From assembly GCA_963708065.1 (NCBI GenBank), contig CAVPRZ010000011.1, positions 524,915 to 588,914 on the forward strand: a stretch of DNA of 64,000 nucleotides. The letters run 5' to 3'. This DNA is from an uncultured Chloroflexia bacterium. GTDB taxonomy: Bacteria > Chloroflexota > Limnocylindria > Limnocylindrales > CSP1-4. A program made the position numbers and the translations under genes. Below, in pieces: positions 61,067-64,000 of the stretch. Every line of letters starts with the position of its first letter. Within the stretch, counting starts at the first letter, position 1. The notes below the pieces were generated by a model. The model saw only the letters and a list, made by a program, of their open reading frames with translations, ran no database searches and had not been told where the DNA came from.

Positions 61067-62045
61067 CTAGCCCTCGGCGGCTGGAGCAGGAGGAGCGGCG
61101 AGCCCGCCCCGCCCGGCAGTTCTCGCCCTGGCCAGCGCGGCCTCCGCGGCCGCGAGCAGGTCGTCGGCGGTCCCCCCGTCGATCGGGAACCGGGCGACCC
61201 CGGCCGAGACCGAGATCGGGTGACCCGAGGCGGCCGGCAGGGCCGCGATCCCGTCGAGGACGCGCTGGGCGACGGCGGTCCCGGCCGCCCCCGGCGCGAC
61301 GAGCACGAACTCGTCGCCACCGACCCGGGCGACCGTGTCGACCAGCCGGACGGACTCGGCCAGGACGGCCGCCACGGCCCGCAGGATGTCGTCGCCGGCC
61401 GCGTGGCCCGCGGCCGCGTTGGTGGCCGTCAGGTCGTCGACGTCGAACACCGCCAGCGAGACCTCGCCGCCCTGCCGGCCCGCGCGGGCCAGCTCGAGCT
61501 CGAGGATCCGGGCGAACGTCCGCTCGTTGGCGAGGCCGGTCAGCGGGTCGGTGTGGGCCATCCGCTCGAACCACTCGGAGCGCTCGGTGACCATCGAGCC
61601 GACGCCGGGCCCGATCGATCGCGACCGCGATCAGGGCGGCGACCGCCGCCAGCGTCGTCCGCTCGTCCTCGCCGGGCTCGGCCTCACCGTCGCGGGCAAC
61701 GCTGAGGACCCCCACGAGCTGCTCGATCCCGCCCCTCGTCACGACCAGCGGCAGGTGGATGAGCCCGTCGCCCATCCGCGCGACCCGGTCCCCGGCGGTG
61801 GCCGCGATCGGTCCGTCGGGACCGGCGACCGCATCGGCGAAACCGGGTCGATCGGCCGCCCCGGCGCCACCCGTCACGGCGACCTGGAGGGCGGCCCGGT
61901 CGGGGTCCTGGAGGGTCACCGCCGCGAATCGGGACCCGAGCGCCTCGGTGGCCAGCTCGAGGAGCTGTCCGACCGACGCGTCGAGGTCGTCGCTCGCGGC
62001 GAGCGTCGCGGCGCTCCGGGCGAGGAGGTCGGCGATGGGATCCAT
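61067..62045 (-). CDS. GAF-GGDEF diguanylate cyclase; apparent frameshift near 61600
   Basis: The N-terminal GAF-like 150 aa are in one frame. The GGDEF domain (DPLTGLANERTF...RVGGDEFVLVAP) is in another. Confidence 0.7.
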
Positions 62046-62139
62046 GACGCGGCGGGTCCTCCGAGCGGGCGCTGCTAGGCGTGCATCCTACGCCCCGCTG
62101 CGACGCTCGTGCGCATCGGGCCCACCTATACTCGGCTCG

Positions 62140-62469
62140 ATGAAGCTCGTGGTCGCGATCGTCCACAACGAGGACGCCGGCACGCTGGTGGACGCCCTGC
62201 TCGAGCACGACCACCGGGCGACCCGGCTTCACTCCTCGGGCGGCTTCCTCAAGCAGTCGAACGCGACGATCATGGTCGGCGTCGAGGACGACCGGGTCGA
62301 CGAGATCGTCGGGATCGTGCGCGAGAATTGCACCGCCCGGACCCAGATCGTCAACCCGATGCCGCCGATCATCGAGCCGGGCGAGTTCTTCATGCCCTAC
62401 CCGCTCGAGGTCGAGGTCGGCGGGGCGACCGTGTTCGTCCTGCCGGTCGAGCGCTTCGAGCGGCTGTGA
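62140..62469 (+). CDS. DarA/PstA (YaaQ, DUF970) PII-like cyclic-di-AMP receptor
   Basis: MKLVVAIVHNED...LHSSGGFLKQSNATIMVGVED...VGGATVFVLPVERFE aligns along its whole length with B. subtilis YaaQ. It is adjacent to tmk, as in Firmicutes. Confidence 0.75.
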   Translation: MKLVVAIVHNEDAGTLVDALLEHDHRATRLHSSGGFLKQSNATIMVGVEDDRVDEIVGIVRENCTARTQIVNPMPPIIEPGEFFMPYPLEVEVGGATVFVLPVERFERL

Positions 62470-62550
62470 TCCTTCGACCCCCGGCGCCGGCCGACCGGCT
62501 CCACCGACTCGGGGCCGATCCGCTCGGGCCGGCCTGAGCGGCGATCGGCC

Positions 62551-63036
62551 GTGTACCGCCCCGACCTCGTCGACGTCTGGATCTTCCGGGTCGGGCCCGC
62601 GGGGCTCGAGCTGCTGCTCATGCGCCGGGCCGCCGGTCGGATCCTGCCCGGGCTGTGGCAGGGCGTCTCGGGCTCGCTCGAGGCCGGCGAGCGGATCGCG
62701 GCCGGCGCACTCCGCGAGCTCGGCGAGGAGACGGGCTTCGACGCGGACGACATCGAGGCGTTCTACGACCTCGACCAGGTCAACCAGTTCCACGAGCCCT
62801 CGGTCGACGCCGTCGTCACGTCCGCCGTCTTCGCCGTCCGGGTCCGGCCGGACGCGGAGCCGGTCCTGTCCCACGAGCACGACGCCGCCCGCTGGGTCAC
62901 GCCCGCGGAGGCGCTCGAGCTGATCGTCTGGCCGGCCTACCGCGAGTCGATCGCCCGGGTCGAGCGCGACCTGCTCGACCCGGTCCGCGAGCCCTGGTTC
63001 CGGCTCCGGCCGGACGGGCGCCGGATGGTAGACTGA
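62551..63036 (+). CDS. NUDIX hydrolase
   Basis: Nudix box GSLEAGERIAAGALRELGEETG. Confidence 0.8.
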   Translation: MYRPDLVDVWIFRVGPAGLELLLMRRAAGRILPGLWQGVSGSLEAGERIAAGALRELGEETGFDADDIEAFYDLDQVNQFHEPSVDAVVTSAVFAVRVRPDAEPVLSHEHDAARWVTPAEALELIVWPAYRESIARVERDLLDPVREPWFRLRPDGRRMVD

Positions 63037-63086
63037 CTCGCAACCTGCTCCCGGCCGCGGATCGCGGCCGCTCCACGGAGGCCAGA

Positions 63087-64000
63087 TTGCTCGACCGCCC
63101 GGATCCCCCGACGACCCCGATCGCATCCCTGTCCGATGCCGCCCAGCGGCGCGTCTTCCGGTCGAAGGTCGACACGATCCGGCCGACCTACGGGTTCGAG
63201 GACGTCAGCCTGGCCCCGGGAACGAGCACGATCGAGCCGGCCGACGTCGACCTCGCCCAGTCGTTCTGCGGGGTCGAGCTGGCGATCCCGATCCTCGCCT
63301 CGGCGATGGACGCCGTCGTCGACGCCCGGTTCGCCGGCGAGCTGGCGCGGCTCGGCGGCCTGGCCGTCCTCAACCTCGAAGGCGTCCAGGCCCGCTACGA
63401 CGACCCGGACGCGGTCCTCGCCCGGATCGCCGCCGCGCCGGCCGACGAGGTCCAGGACCTGCTTGCCGAGGCGTACGCGGAGCCCGTCCGCGAGGAGCTC
63501 GTCGCGCGCCGGATCGAGGAGCTCCATGCCGCCGGCTCGCGGGCCGCCGTCGCCGCCACGCCGGCCGCCGCCCGGCGGTTCGGGCCGTTCTGCGCGGAGC
63601 ACGGCGCCGACCTGTTCCTCGTCCAGAGCCAGGTGAGCAGCGCCCGCCACCTCGCGACCGGCTACGACCCGCTGTCGCTCGACGAGTTCACCCGGTTCAT
63701 GCCGATCCCGGTCGCCGTCGGCAACACGACGAACGCCGAGGCCGCCTTCGCGCTCATGGAGCAGGGGGCGGCGGCCGTCTTCGTCGGGGTCGGCCCGGGC
63801 GCCGCGTGCACGACCCGCGAGGTGCTCGGGATCGGCGTCCCGCAGGTCACCGCGATCAGCGACGTCGCCGCGGCGCGCGATGCCTACCTCGTCGAGACCG
63901 GCCGCTACGTCCCGGTCGTCGCCGACGGCGGGATGCGCCGGGGCGGCGAGCTGGCCAAGGCGATCGCGGCCGGCGCCGACGTGCTCATGCTCGGCTCGCC
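63087..64000 (+). CDS. IMP dehydrogenase-family protein (GuaB3-like, no CBS pair), 3'-partial
   Basis: TTG at 63087 with GGAGG 5 nt upstream. RPTYGFEDVSLAPG, IPILASAMDAVV, GVGPGAACTTREVLGIGVPQ and VADGGMRRGGELAKAIAAGAD match the IMPDH/GuaB3 TIM-barrel. The gene runs off the window end and is not in the supplied ORF track. Confidence 0.7.
   Translation, partial: MLDRPDPPTTPIASLSDAAQRRVFRSKVDTIRPTYGFEDVSLAPGTSTIEPADVDLAQSFCGVELAIPILASAMDAVVDARFAGELARLGGLAVLNLEGVQARYDDPDAVLARIAAAPADEVQDLLAEAYAEPVREELVARRIEELHAAGSRAAVAATPAAARRFGPFCAEHGADLFLVQSQVSSARHLATGYDPLSLDEFTRFMPIPVAVGNTTNAEAAFALMEQGAAAVFVGVGPGAACTTREVLGIGVPQVTAISDVAAARDAYLVETGRYVPVVADGGMRRGGELAKAIAAGADVLMLGS

Noticed and set aside
1-64000. 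CRISPR arrays, rRNA genes, IS/transposase or integrase genes
   Set aside because: No short regularly spaced direct repeats, no rRNA-like conserved stretches and no DDE, tyrosine-recombinase or serine-recombinase-like translations were seen in any frame.

Overview
This is a very high-GC (about 70%) actinobacteria-like chromosomal window that is densely coding, with start/stop overlaps (GTGA/ATGA) at operon junctions. Its recognisable genes are listed below.
- A P-type cation ATPase, followed by a secreted S1 protease and lipoproteins.
- An intact tRNA-Thr(CGT) whose 3' terminal 33 nt are duplicated 1.2 kb away; the two copies bracket a lower-GC lipoprotein gene, an att-like miniature islet.
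- Two ECF sigma factors, one translationally coupled to an anti-sigma factor with a TolB-like beta-propeller.
- Three consecutive TadE/TadG-like minor-pilin proteins next to a two-component system.
- A glucosylglycerate-type cluster on the minus strand: a GpgS-like glycosyltransferase, a tandem-Usp protein that appears fused in-frame to GpgS, and glycerate kinase.
- A DNA-ligase-like protein that has lost its motif-I lysine.
- GalE plus two SDR genes, the CCA-adding enzyme and an HNH endonuclease.
- A scattered leucine-catabolism set: HMG-CoA lyase, an acyl-CoA carboxylase alpha subunit with an N-terminal HTH, an enoyl-CoA hydratase and a carboxyltransferase beta subunit.
- A 1066-aa receptor-type class III nucleotidyl cyclase fused to an extracellular propeller and a family-5 solute-binding domain.
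- pdxS/pdxT behind a roughly 520-bp leader, a Ycf45-like AAA+R3H protein, TldD and PmbA, a PQQ-dependent sugar dehydrogenase and a NicO Ni/Co transporter.
- tmk next to a DarA(YaaQ)-like c-di-AMP receptor with an antisense GAF-GGDEF gene between them, then NUDIX and the start of a GuaB3-like gene.

At least 14 genes carry one or more apparent frameshifts. None fall in the first 11.7 kb, and they are dense between 19.7 and 28.2 kb. This indicates either systematic indel errors in the assembly or extensive pseudogenisation, and the sequence alone cannot separate the two. No CRISPR array, rRNA or obvious transposase/integrase was found.
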